This document shows positions 27,916 through 40,099 of a stretch of 64,000 nucleotides of DNA, in pieces. The stretch is from Malacoraja senta (Eukaryota). The stretch spans positions 3,784,001-3,848,000 of the forward strand of contig CM075994.1 in assembly GCA_038087875.1 (NCBI GenBank). Reading direction: 5' to 3'. The translations under genes and the position numbers were made by a program. Position 1 is the first letter of the stretch. Each line of letters starts with the position of its first letter. The notes beneath the pieces are model-generated. The model searched no databases, was not told the DNA's origin, and worked only from the letters and a program-made list of their open reading frames with translations.

Positions 27916-29235
27916 CCTAATTAGCGACCTCTGACGGCCTTAAACGTTAAAATCAAAGTCGCGGTAATCTACGACCTACCACGACTGTGTCTAAGACCTC
28001 CTACGACCATGTTGATGACTATGCGTGTGAATGTGTGTGAATGTGTGTGCATGTGTGTGAATGTGTGTGAGTGATTGGTGGTGGTCGGAGGGGCCGTAGT
28101 GGCAAATTAGCAGCCACGCTTCCGTCAGTCTGCCCAAGGCAGCTGTGGCTACAGAAGTAGCTTACCACCACCGAGTGTGACTGAGGAGTGAATGAATAAT
28201 GAGATGTAAAGCGCCTTGAGTATTAGAAAGGCGCAATATAAATCCCATCCATTATTATTATTATTATTATTATTATTATGCTGAAGACCTCCCACGAATA
28301 TGAAGGAAGCCTCCTACGACTATGAAGAAGAACTCCTTCGACCTTCGACTATGTTGAAGACTGGCATCGACCATGTACGTTTTACGGGTGTTTGCAGTAG
28401 CCCTTTTGCTTCAGCATCCTTTAAAGGAAGGCAGAAGGGGAAGAGCAATGGTGAAGAGGAGGCACAAGAAGAGGTCTCAATTGGTGAATGGAGATGATGT
28501 GATGGACTGCCCCAGTACACCAGATGAATGGAAGAGAGTGGCGCTGGGCTTTGACAAAAGATGGAACTTTAAGCACACATGTGGGACAGTGGATCGTAAG
28601 CATGCCATTCTTGTCCCTGTCCCTGTACTCCTTATTTTCCTTTTCGTACAGGATGGAATTGTGCTGGAACCATTCCTCAAGGTCCCCCTCCTGCTGCCTC
28701 GTGAAGGTGTAGGGCATAACCTTCCTCCAGCCGTACCTCACCACCAATGGGGCATCTGCCTCTGATGCTGTGTCAGACACAGGAGAAAGGGCTGCTTTGC
28801 TGCCTTCTAATGAGGCAGTGAAGGTTGGGGTGGTGGTGGGGACATATACTACCAACCTGGACTCCTCCTCCAGGGATCTCTCATGCAGGGTTACCTCCTA
28901 CTGCACTCCACCTCTTGGGTGGGCAACACCTGCATGGCCGTTTTTTTAAGGGTTGTGCCCCCCCCCCCTGCGCTGCTTCCTTTATGGTGCCATCTCTAAA
29001 ACACAAGTCTCCTCTCCAAAAAATCTCATGCTATGAATGAACATGTCTTGGAGTGACAGAGGTGACGTTCTGCTGTTTAAATAACCATTTTTTCTACTGA
29101 CCTCTTTTTCACCCCGGAGCCATTACCCTCGACTGCCTCCTACCATCTACGACAACCTACGACTAGAATCACGACCTCCTACGGCCTCGTGGCGAGCATG
29201 CTGCGAGTATGAGTCAAGGGCAAATTCGCTTCTGT
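27905..29235. mobile_element. Internally deleted PIF/Harbinger DNA transposon
   Basis: + strand PSTPDEWKRVALGFDKRWNFKHTCGTVDRKH (HARBI1/DDE_Tnp_4-like); - strand WFQHNSILYEKENKEYRDRDK (MADF-like); subterminal ctacgac repeats. Confidence 0.8.
28022..28278 (+). mobile_element. SINE 3' part with an L2-like tail and (ATT)n, nested in the Harbinger
   Basis: tgtaaagcgccttgag...gcgcaatataaat plus (att)n. Confidence 0.7.
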
Positions 29236-29864
29236 CGGTATCCTTGCATCTGCATATGTCTATCAATAAGTTCATGATACCCACCTTCGCCCACCACTAA
29301 CATTGGAACACTTTCCAAGCACTAACCGTTGTCTGTGTAAAAGTTTGTTCCGCACATCTCCTTTAATTTCCTTTCCCATCTCAAACGTATACTCTCTCGC
29401 ATGTACCATTATCAATCTGGGGAAGATAGACCTGACAGTCTTCCTTACCCATGCCTTTCATAAGATTTTATTCATCTTCAAGTTCACCCCTCAGCTTCAG
29501 ACTTTCCTGCGTAACAATCCCATCTTTTTTTAACACCTTTTGATCAAATACACATTTATTACAGGGAGCGTTCGGCATAAACGTTTCAGTGCCTTCTCCA
29601 AAGCCTTCACTTCATTCTTGTAATGGGCCTATTAAAACTGCATATACATAGAGGGAGTAATCCCCAACCAAATTTATAATGTTGCTACTCTGAGGGAAAT
29701 ATGAAGAAATCTCTGTACATAAATGCTGTCAATGATACTGTAACTTAGTGCAGACTTTCACGTTACATTTGACCGCTCAAAGTGGAACAGCTCACACACT
29801 CGGATTAAACTACCTATTCAACTTCTCCTCGAATGCCTGTTTCAAACCGATATCCCACTGCATC

Positions 29865-30870
29865 CCTTGACCCCAGCTATTTACAATATATATTAATGAT
29901 TTGGACGAGGGAATTGAATGCAATATCTCCAAGTTTGCGGGTGCCACGAAGCTGGGGGGCAGTGTTAGGTGTGAGGAGGGTGCTAGGAGGCTGCAAGATG
30001 AGTTGCATAGGCTGGGTGAGTGGGCAAATGCATGGCACATGCAGTATAATGTGGATAAATGCGAGGTTATCCACTTTGGTGGCAAAAACAGGAAAGTAGA
30101 CTATAACCTGAATGGTGGCCGATTAGGAAAAGGGGTGATGCAACGAGACCTGGGTATCATGGTACACCAGCATTGAAAGTGGGCATGCAGGTGCAGCAGG
30201 CAGTGAAGAAAGTTAATGGCATGTTAGCATTCATAGCAAAAGGATTTGAGTATAGGAGCAGGGACGTTCTACTGCAGTTGTATAGGGTTTAGGTGAGACC
30301 ACACCTGGTGTATTGCGTACAGTTTTGGTCTCCTAATCTGAGGAAGGACATTCTTGCCATAGAGTGAGTACAGAGAAGGTTCACCAAACTTATTCCTGGG
30401 ATGTCAGGACTTTCATATGAGGAAAGACTGGATAGACTCGGCTTGTACTCGCTGGAATTTAGAAGATTGAGGGGGGGTCTTATAGAAACTTACAACATTC
30501 TTAATCTGTTGGACAGGCTAGATGCAGGAAGATTGTTCCCGATGTTGGGGAAGTCCAGAACCAGGGGTCACAGTTTAAGGATAATGGGGAAATCATTTAG
30601 GACTGAGATGAGAAAAACATTTTTTACACAGAGAGTGGCGAATCTCTGGAATTATCTGCCACAGAGTGTAGTTGAGGCCAGTTCATTGGCTATATTTAAG
30701 AGGGAGTTAGATGTGGCCCTTGTGGCTAAAGGATTCAGGGGGTATGGAGAGAAAGCAAGTACAGGATACTGAGTTGGATGATCAGCCATGATCATATTGA
30801 ATGGCGATGCAGGCTCGAAGGCCCGAATAGCCTACTCCAGCAACTATTTCTATGTTTCTATGTTTCTATG
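29865..30870 (+). mobile_element. Young CR1 LINE 3' fragment
   Basis: RT C-terminus and (TTTCTATG)n tail; very similar to 41373-42397 in inverted orientation. Confidence 0.9.
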
Positions 30871-31046
30871 ACACCCGTCTTAACTATCCGCCGCTCCACC
30901 AATTGTTGTGCTGTCTGCATACCCTCAAATCAAACTTCCAAGTCGGTTGTATTCATACCACAAAAATACAGTAATCTCAACATTGATGGATGAAGAACTC
31001 CCCTGCCTAAAATGATACTAACTTTTACTTTACATTTTCTTTTCAG

Positions 31047-31082
31047 AAATACTTGAGTTAAAACGACTCCTTAAAGAAGCAG
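31047..31082 (+). CDS. Microexon, 36 nt, EILELKRLLKEA
   Basis: TACTAAC at 31016-31022; cattttcttttcag|...CAG|gtgaga. Confidence 0.9.
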
Positions 31083-31434
31083 GTGAGAGCTTCACTTTAA
31101 ACTATTATTTTCATAAATATCAGCTGTATTGTCACTTATTAGCTCCTACAGAAGACAATTGCTTCTTTCCTCCGAATGACTGTTATTCAATGAAAAAATA
31201 ACAATGGTTATGTTTTAATCGTTTCCCTTAGATCGAAATATTTATCTACAATCTTGTTTGCCCGACCTTTCTCGACGTCAAACTATAATTGTAGTGACAG
31301 AAGCTGACAACGTATGTTAGCAGTTAGATATCAACAGATGGTAGCTGCTGACAACTTGACTCGGATGTGTGGCAGGTTGGCTTAGATACGCAACTGCTTT
31401 CATCGAAACATATAAACAGAGAAAATGGGTGGAT

Positions 31435-32060
31435 TCTGACCTTCGAGCCAGCACCGCCATTCAATATGATTATGGTTTATCATCCAGAATCAGGACAATG
31501 TTCCTACTCTCTCCCCATATCCCTTGATTCCGTTAGCCCCAAGAGCTATAGCTAACTCTCCCTTTAATACATCCAGTGAATTGGCCTCCACTCCCTTCTG
31601 TGGCAGAGAATTCCAAAGATTCACAACCCGCTGGCTGAAATAAGTTTTTCCTCGTCTCAGTCCTGAAAATTCCTTCTCCTTATTCTTAAACTGTGACCCC
31701 TGTTTCTGGACTACCGAAACATGGGGAATATTTTTCCTTCGTCGAGCCTGTCCAATCCCTTAAGAATGTTATATGTTTCTGTCAGACCCCCGCTCATCCT
31801 TCTAAATTCCAGTGAATACAAGCCCAGCCGATCCATTCATTCATCATATGTCAGTCCCGCCATCCCGGGAATTGACCCAGTGAACCCACGCTGCACTCCC
31901 TCAATAGCAAGTCTGTCCTAAACTGCACACAATACTCCAGGTGGGGTCTCACCTGGGCCCTGTACAACATCAGCAGGTCCTTCTGGCTCCTGTACTCAAA
32001 TCCTCTCGCAATGAATGCTAACATGCCATTAGCTTTCTTCAGTGCCGGCTGTCAGATGCT
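31435..32060 (-). mobile_element. CR1 3' fragment
   Basis: cttcgagccagcaccgccattc tail and RT remnant. Confidence 0.85.
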
Positions 32061-32735
32061 TACGGGCAGTTGTTTTGAAGCGATGGTTGAGTGGGGAAAT
32101 TACAAGCTTTCGTGTTATTAAGTAAATGTAAAAGAATTAAGTGAAACACAATTGTGTTCGTAAATGATAACGTTAAAACTGCCAATTATGCAAACATTTG
32201 CGTTCATGTACTATTTCAATTAACTGAACGGTCAAAGGGAGAGAGGTAGAATTCTGTCACCAACACCAGACATTCTTGAGGCAGCGAAAATATTTAGGCT
32301 GTAGCGTCCCGCTTTACGTCTGACTCCCAGTAGAAAATTGTTAGGTTTGGCAAATTGAAGGAAGTGGCTGTTGTACATTACATAATTGTGGCCTGCATGG
32401 CAGTCTGGAGCCCGTCTTGATCAGTAAAACGGCGACATACAGGTTAATCGTCGCTCTACTCTCTCCTGTCATGTTGTTCTCTTTTTGGAACGAACAAAAG
32501 AAAAAGAAAAACAAACAGCCAATTCTTTGCAATTTTTGCCAGAAGGCTCCAATAAATGCCAAGTAATTGTGATCCTCGGTATTCAATGCGGTTCCGGAAA
32601 TCTGCCAATAACAGACACCGATAATGTCACAATCAACAGGTAAAACGTGCATGAGAGCTCAGACATAAAATTAAGTTTTATTTGTGTCAGAATCTACTGC
32701 AGATATGTATTGACCGTTGCTATTATTTTTTTTAG

Positions 32736-32759
32736 AAGCGAAAGTCTGCATAACAGATG
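32736..32759 (+). CDS. Microexon, 24 nt, EAKVCITD
   Basis: attttttttag|...ATG|gtaagc. Confidence 0.75.
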
Positions 32760-33159
32760 GTAAGCTAAATAATGTTTGAAAATGATTACCCCAAATTTTA
32801 CATTTACCATAATGAGATAAATTAGATTAAGGTTCCGTGTTGAACTACTACTTCCAAGTTATAGGAGGCGAGATTGGGACTTATCTCTGAATTTCAACCA
32901 AAGGCTTTAAATTCTTGACAATCATTCAATATTCGAAACAACAGTTAAAATTACCTGAGATAATTTTAAAGCAGGTATGTTTAATAAAGTTGTTAGTATA
33001 ACGATTCACCGCAATTATAAATGTATAATTTACGGCAAGCCACAAAGACGATGAATAGCATTTACAAACAAAATATTGTTTTGTTGCTCCATTCTAACCA
33101 GAAAAATGGGCAACCCAATTAAAAATACGGTCATCAATGCAAGACGTTGAAATTACAGG

Positions 33160-34260
33160 TACACAAAAATGCTGGAGAAACTCAGCGGGTGCAGCAGCAT
33201 CTATGGAGCGAAGGAAATAGGTAACGTTTCGGGCCGAAACCCTTCTTCAGACTGATAGGGGGTGGGGAGAAGAAAGGAAAAAAGGAAAAGGAGGAGGAGG
33301 AGCCCGAGGGTGGGGGGAGGGGAGGAGACAACCAGATGGCTGATGAAGGGGAGGGGACAGCCAGGGCTAGCAGAATTGGGAGAATTCAACGTTCAGGCCA
33401 CCAGGGTGTAGACTGCCCAGCGGAATATGAGGTGCATTTCCTCCAATTTACGGTGTTGCTCGCTGTGGCCATGGAGGAGACCCAGGACAGAGAGGTCAGA
33501 TACGGAATGGGAGGGGGAGTTGAAGTGCTGAGCCACCGGGAGTTCAGGTTGGTTATTGCGGACCGACCGGAGGTGTTCGGCGAAACGATCGCCAAGCCTC
33601 CGCTTGGTCTCACCGATGTAGATCAGCTGGCATCTAGAGCAGCGAATGCAATAGATGAGGTTGGAGGAGATGCAGGTGAACCTCTGTCGCACCTGGAACG
33701 ACTGCTTGGGTCCTGGAATGGAGTGGAGGGGGGAAGTGAAGGGACAAGTGTTGCATCTCTTGCGGTTGCAAGGGAAAGTACCAGGGGAGGGGGTGGTATG
33801 GGAGGGAAGGGAAGAATTGACAAGGGAGTTACGGAGGGAGCGGTCTTTGCGGAAGGCAGACATAGGGGGAGATGGGAAGATGTGGCGAGTGGTGGGGTCA
33901 CGTTGGAGGTGGCGAAACTGACGGAGGATCACTTGTTGTATGTGACGGCTGGTGGGGTGAAAGGTGAGGACTAGGGGGACTCTGCCTTTGTTGTGAGTGG
34001 GGGGATGGGGAGAGAGAGCAGTGTTGCGGGGTATGGCAGAGACCCTGGTGCGAGCCTCATCTATGGTGGAGGAGGGGAACCCCCGTTCCCTGAAGAATGA
34101 GGACATTTCAGATGCCCTGGTGTGGAACGCCTCATCCTGGGAGCAGATGCGGCGTAGACGGAGGAATTGGGAGTGGGGGATGGAGTCCTTACAGGAAGCA
34201 GGGTGGGAAGAAGTGTAGTCCAGATAGCCATTTTCCAGCATCTGCAGTTCCTTCTTTAAC
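33160..34260 (-). mobile_element. Penelope-like retroelement, 5'-truncated, with GIY-YIG endonuclease
   Basis: ORF 33393-34301 with NLIYCIRC...YIGETKRRLGDRFAEH; direct repeat acgttgaaattacagg at 33144-33159 and 34261-34276. Confidence 0.92.
33218..33256 (-). ncRNA. Minimal hammerhead ribozyme motif in the Penelope terminal repeat
   Basis: Minus strand reads cagtCTGAAGAagggtttcggcccGAAAcgtta. Confidence 0.6.
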
Positions 34261-34369
34261 ACGTTGAAATTACAGGATGGGTTTGGCGTGGTATCCAGCA
34301 ATGCATTTGAGTTCCGGTGTTGACATGGTTATTTGTGCTTGCAGCATTATTTGTTAGTTTGGAAGATTT

Positions 34370-36410
34370 GCCGCCAACGCAATCTTGTAAACATCACCAT
34401 CCAGAAATGAATAGTTGATCTGTCATATGTGCTCCCTTGGTATGCAAAATGATACTGTGATAGTTTGCGACTAGCTGTTTACCACAAATTTACCCATTTA
34501 CTCCCTTGTTGATGAATGTACAACTGTCGTGTTTATCTATGTATGGAGCTTTAATTATGTAGTGTTTAAATTATAGTGCAACTGAATAACTAATGCAAAT
34601 CACCTACCTCATATGAATCACTATAGCACGTGGCATTAGCCAAAGAAATATAGCTAACAAATACGTAAACTTAATTTACAATGTTATCATAAAATTATTA
34701 GAGTCATACAGTGTGGAAACACGCCGTTCGGCCCAACTGGCGCACACCGGCCAACATGTCCTAGTTACTCTAGTCCCACCTGCCTGCCCTTGGTCCATAT
34801 CGCAACAAACTTGTCCTATCCATGTACCTGTCTATCCTGTTTCTTAAACGATGGGATAGTCTCAGCCTCATCTACATCCTCTGGCAGCTTGTTCTACACA
34901 CCCACCACCTTTTGTGTGAAAAAGGTACCGCTCAGATTCCTATTAAATCGTTTCCCCTTCAACTTAAACCCATGTCCTCTGGTGCTGGATTCTGTGCATC
35001 TACCCGTTCAATTCAAGTCATGATTTTGTACATCTCTATAAAAACACCCTCATCTTCCAGCGCTCCAAGGAATAGAGATCCAGCCTACTCAACCTCTCCC
35101 AAAAGCTCACACCCTACAGTCCTGGCAACATCCTCGTAAACCTTTCAAGCTTGACAATATGTGTTCAATAACATGGCGCCCAGAACTGAACACAATATTC
35201 TAAATGCGGTCTCACCAACGTCTTATACAACTGCAACACGACCTCCCAACTTCTATATTCAATACTCTGACTGATGAAGCCTATTGTGCCAAACCCCTTT
35301 TTGACCATCTTATCTACCTGCGATTCGACCTTCAAGGGACCGTGCACCTGCATTCCTGCATCACTCTGCTCCACAACACTCCCGAACGGCCAACCTTTGT
35401 ATATCCTGCCCTTGATAGACTTCAGAAAATGCAACACTTCAACATTTTACTCTTTTTTAAATTGCAGAAGAACAGCAGAAACATAAAGACAAAGGTAATA
35501 AAAACAGTTTGTTTATATATTTTTCCTGCTGTCCTTATGAACATTACCCGCAAAATAGGCAGATAAATGTGAGCTCATTGTTTTCGTAAAATCTGTTTAT
35601 CCATGTTTGGGTGTAAAACGTAATAAAGTTCTACTGAAATTTGACCAGGATTGGAATCCGACAACAGGGCGATTCGGTGCAATTCAGTGCAGAGCAGAAG
35701 TGATTAAAATTAGCCCTTTCAATTACACAACTATATTAATGACAGAAGTTACATCAGTGGTGGACGGCAGAAGGGTTCCGGCCCGAAACGTTTTGGATCC
35801 ATGTGATCCGAGAATGCTTCCTGCAACATGTTGCGTATTTCCTTGGTAAATACACCTTCCTATATCACCAGCAGGATCAACTCTCCGCCATTTACTGTTA
35901 CTTTATCATACCCACGCTGCTTTCTGATTTTTGCAAGCCACATTCCCTGATTGTTGCTCTCTTTATAATCGGAGCTGTTTTCCCCCTCTTACATTTTGCC
36001 TGAACCGACGCTACGAACAATTGTTCTGCAAGATTCTGCTACCAATTCTGGTTTAGTTACTGCCACGACGCCGTGATAATTCTGAGATGGTTAATATTAA
36101 TTTTCACTGCTTCCCTTGTGTTTTTTTTTTTGCTTCGAATGCTGCATGTATTGAGATAACGACGCCCTGATTTTTGTATTTCCTGCAGTTAACAATGCAC
36201 CAACTCCAATTGTAATTATGTTTGCATGATTGTATATTCTGTCACTTTCTTCAAGAATTTCCTTACGGAAATGTCCATTTCCGATGCTCCTAACATCGGA
36301 AAACTTCATTGATACCGCATATGGCAGACGCAACACAATGCACTAAAGTATAAAGCATAGGTACGCTGAGATCTTGTTATTAATAAACGGGTTTGAAATA
36401 TGTATTACCT
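34370..36410 (+). repeat. Intronic segmental duplication, copy A (paralog of 40100-41372 plus 44657-44755)
   Basis: Colinear matches, e.g. catccagaaatgaata, tatagtgcaac, ttactgccacgacg, ccgatgctcctaacat. Confidence 0.9.
34697..35440 (-). mobile_element. CR1 fragment present only in duplication copy A
   Basis: tagagtcatacag tail and RT remnant; absent at the matching site (about 40420) in copy B. Confidence 0.85.
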
Positions 36411-36524
36411 CAGCAGTAGAGGAGAAATATTGCATTGAAGTTCCGTAGTTGACACTCGTGTGCAGTGCACAATGCTACAGGGTAAGGTAAAGTTTATAGA
36501 ATACCCTGCAATGTTGATCTAGTA

Positions 36525-36776
36525 GTTTAGAAGAAGGATGGGGGACCTCATTGAAACATACAGAATAGTGAAAGGCTTCGATAGACTGGATGAGGAGAGG
36601 ATGTTTCCGCGAGTGGGTGTGTCTAGGACAAGAGGTCATAGCCTCAGAATTAAAGGACGTTCTTTCGTGAAGGAGATGAGGAGAAATTTATTTTGTCAGA
36701 GGATGGTGAATCTGTGGAATTATTTACCACAGAAGGCTAAGGATGCCAAGTCGGTGGATATTTTTTAAGGCGGAGA
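36525..36776 (+). mobile_element. CR1 3' fragment, resuming at about 38616-38715
   Basis: GDLIETYRIVKGFDRLD...LWNYLP. Confidence 0.8.
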
Positions 36777-36864
36777 CTAGACTAAGTGGACCCGTTGGGT
36801 CCCAGTCACCCGGGAGGCCTGGTCCCCCAATGCTACCCATTCCCCAATGAAATATTCCACCATG

Positions 36865-37850
36865 ACGTGGGAGAGGGGGTGGTGTGGGAGGGGGGCCGGT
36901 GTAGAAGGGGCGGTGTGGGAGAGGGGCTGCGGTGAGGGAGAGGGGGGTGGGAGAGGGGGTAGTGTGGGAGGAGGCCCGGTGAGGCATGGGGGTGCGGTGA
37001 GGAAGAGGGGCCGTGTGGGAGGGGGTGTGCGGTGAGAGAGAGGGGTTGGTGTGGCAGATGGGGATGGTGTGAGAGAGTGGGTGGCGTTGCAGGATGGGGT
37101 GGTATGGGAGAGGGGAGGGGTCGTGTTGGATCGGGGGAATGTGCGAGAGTGGAGTTGGTGTGGGAGAGGGGGATGGCGTGGGAGATGAGGGGTAATGTGG
37201 GAGAGGGGGAGTAATGTGGAAGGGAGGCAATGTGGGGGAGGGGTGGTGTGGGAGAGGGGGGAGGGGGGGTTGATGTGGGAGGGGGTGTTGATGTGGGAGG
37301 GGGTGTTGATGTGGGAGAGGGGGGAGGCAATGTGGGAGAGGGCGGTTGTGGGAGAGGGCGGTGAAGGAGAGGGGGGTGTGGGAGAGGAGGTGTGGGGAGG
37401 AGGGGTGTGGGAGAGGAGAGTGGTGGTTTTGGAGAGGGGTGGTGGTTTTGGAGAGGTGTGTGGTGTGGAAGAGGGGGTGGTGTGGTAAATGGGGTGGTGT
37501 GGGAGAGGGGTGGTGAAGGAGAGGGAGCGGTGTGGGTGAGGGCGGTGTGGGTGAGGGGCGGTGTGGGAGGGGGTGGTGTGGGAGAGGGGGTGGTCTGGGA
37601 GAGGGTGTGGTGTGGGAGAGGGGGTGGTCTGGGAGAGGGGAGCTGGTATGGGTGAGGTTTTGGAAGTGTGGGAGGGTGGAGTGGGTGAGGTGGGTGTGGG
37701 GTGGGGTGGGGTGAGGGGAAGGGGAGGAACAGGAGAGGGGTAAAGGGGGGGTGGGGGGGAGGCGGAGTGTGTGGGGAGGAGGGAAAAGGGGACGGGGAAG
37801 GGGGAGTGTCGGGAGGAGGGGAGGGGGGAGGGGTGAGGGGGGTGGAGGGC
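36865..37850. repeat. G-rich minisatellite (gtgtgggagaggggg-type unit), G-quadruplex prone
   Basis: Seen directly. Confidence 0.9.
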
Positions 37851-37889
37851 TCCACTCAGCAGACACCGGCCGCGGCACCACACAGCACC

Positions 37890-38305
37890 TCCCGACCACA
37901 CAGTCGCTTACCCGAATCCACACAGCACCTCCCGACCCCACATAGCGGCTTTCCCGAACCCACATAGCGGCTTTCCCGACCCCACATAGCGGCTTTCCAG
38001 ACCCCTCACAGCGGCTTTCCCGACTCCACACAGCGGCTTTTCCGACTACACGTAGCCGGATTTTCCGACTCCACGTAGCCGTCTTTTCCAACTCCAGACA
38101 GCCGATATTTCCGACTCAACGCAGCCGTCTTTTCCGACTCCACGCAACTGGCTTTTCCACCTCCACACAGCCGGCTTTTCCGACTCCACACAGCTGGCTT
38201 TCCGACTCCATACATTCGGCTTTTCCGACTCCACACAGCCGGCTTTTCCGACTCCACACAGCGAAAATTTCTCGAAACCACACAGTGACTCTACCGACTC
38301 CACTC
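37890..38305. repeat. About 21-23-bp minisatellite (ccgactccacacagccggctttt)
   Basis: Many degenerate head-to-tail copies with no spacers. Confidence 0.9.
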
Positions 38306-39183
38306 TTGCGGACTCATTCAGCACTTGTTTACTCAGCCCCGCCTCCGAAATGTATTTTCCAGCAGGTGCCGGAAAGGGTGTTACCTTCATGGTGACTGAC
38401 AGGCGAGAAGGCCAATCTGCAGATCTCACGATTGTTTAGACCTTCGTTACTTTTGCATAATTCCACCGATCGGAACAAAACTTGGTGGGTTGGAGTAGAG
38501 GAGAACGATGTAAGGTAGCGAAAAATCCTATCCATAAAGGGTACGGTTTTTACGCAAATTTAAAAAGAACCAAACCGGAACTGGTCGAGAGGAGAAGTTT
38601 TAGTAACAGTATAAATGGATTAACTGCTATAGAGAGACTGATCAGCATGATTGACGGAGGAGACTTGAAAGGCCGAATGGCCTAATTCTGCTACTATCAT
38701 TTATGGCCTTCTGAACGTCTAAATCCATTTCTCTTTCTCGCAGTGGCTGATAACAAGCAACTATGACTCCCAACCCATCTTATTTCAGCGGCTATGTCGA
38801 CCATTTGCCTTTGAAAATAAAATAAATCTACCTCCATGTGGTGCCAAAGTTGGTTGTATCAATTTTAAATTTGAAACCACTTGAGATTTTCTGTGGAGGC
38901 TTAATCGTACCTGTCCCATTAATTATATGCTGTATTATCCAGTCAGAAAAAAACGGCGATGATGTGATATTTATTCATAATCTTAGAGGAAATCCGATTA
39001 ATGAGCATTGTTGCAGCTATGATGCTAAGAATGAAAACAAAAGAAGCAATCTATTCAACTAAAGTGATGTTGAGTTAAAAACTGGACTACTGTTTCCCGA
39101 AAAATTGGATTATGGCATTGGATTTTAGTGTCACAATATGTCACGAAGAGCTAATTATGTTGGTGTATCTGATTGTTTTGCAG

Positions 39184-39219
39184 ACAAAGAATTACTAGAA
39201 GCCTTCAAGAAGGATGTTG
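39184..39219 (+). CDS. Microexon, 36 nt, DKELLEAFKKDV
   Basis: gattgttttgcag|...TTG|gtgaga; the KDV ending parallels exon 13072. Confidence 0.85.
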
Positions 39220-40099
39220 GTGAGAATGTAGGAAAAGTTACATGAAATATCAGAGAAAATCATCGAAAACAAATTGTCCAACCTTAATGTCATTCAACAG
39301 ACTTGTTACCCTGCTGAAATAATGTTAAGGGCAAATGCAAATATAGAAACTAACTTTTGCATTAATATACATGGACATAAATGTAGCAGGTATTTATACG
39401 GGAATATGTTTATCGAGAAAGCCTTGGTGTTATGATAAAAGGAAGTATGAAACCTTCTTGCTTTATCATTTTAAAACGTGTTCTCCTACTTTATTTACAA
39501 ATCCACCTTTGATCCACACCGCACCATACATTGAGCAGGCGGACTGTTGACGGATTAAACCGGCGCAAAATATTGGATCCATCTATGGACAGAGACAAGC
39601 AGGCAGATATGCATAGATAGGAGAAGATATTTGGATTCATAAATGTAGGACATAACAGGGAAACAGAGGGTGCCGAAATTAACCGAATACGACTGTATCA
39701 GTTGAGATAGATGCAGAGTCGACGTTTCAGGTCGATGTTAAATATACATTTGGGTCAAACCTTCGTATGATTCATTTCATTCAAATGGCTCATTCATGAA
39801 CATTCCTGTGGATGGGCCCTCGGTTCAGCTTCAGCTGATTTTTCTTGAACATTATGACCCTTAACTGTGGCATTTTCTTCATTTAATAACTGGATCGCTT
39901 CGATTTTAATTTCTGCAATATGTGTACATCTCTCAATAACAAATTATTTTAGTGTATCATACTTTCAGTTATAAGACTTCAATTTTCACCGCTGCCTTTT
40001 ATGGAGGAATAAGCAAAATGAGCAGTTTCGATGGCTCAACATCGAAATTAATTTTATTTGCGTACGTCGCATTATTGGTCAGATTGGAATAGCTGGCGT

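Larger units (their letters stand above)
36777..38615 (-). mobile_element. Non-autonomous Helitron-like element carrying two minisatellites
   Basis: Minus-strand 3' end: GGACCCaacGGGTCC hairpin, then acttagtCTAG|t; sits inside a CR1 fragment. Confidence 0.6.

Noticed and set aside
32945..32974. 30-nt candidate exon
   Set aside because: TGA in phase 1 and a weak acceptor.
36724..38091. 455-aa Pro/His-rich ORF and overlapping ORFs
   Set aside because: A stop-poor G/C minisatellite that is open in several frames.
37890..38305. CRISPR-like short repeats
   Set aside because: Degenerate head-to-tail units without unique spacers, in a eukaryotic context.
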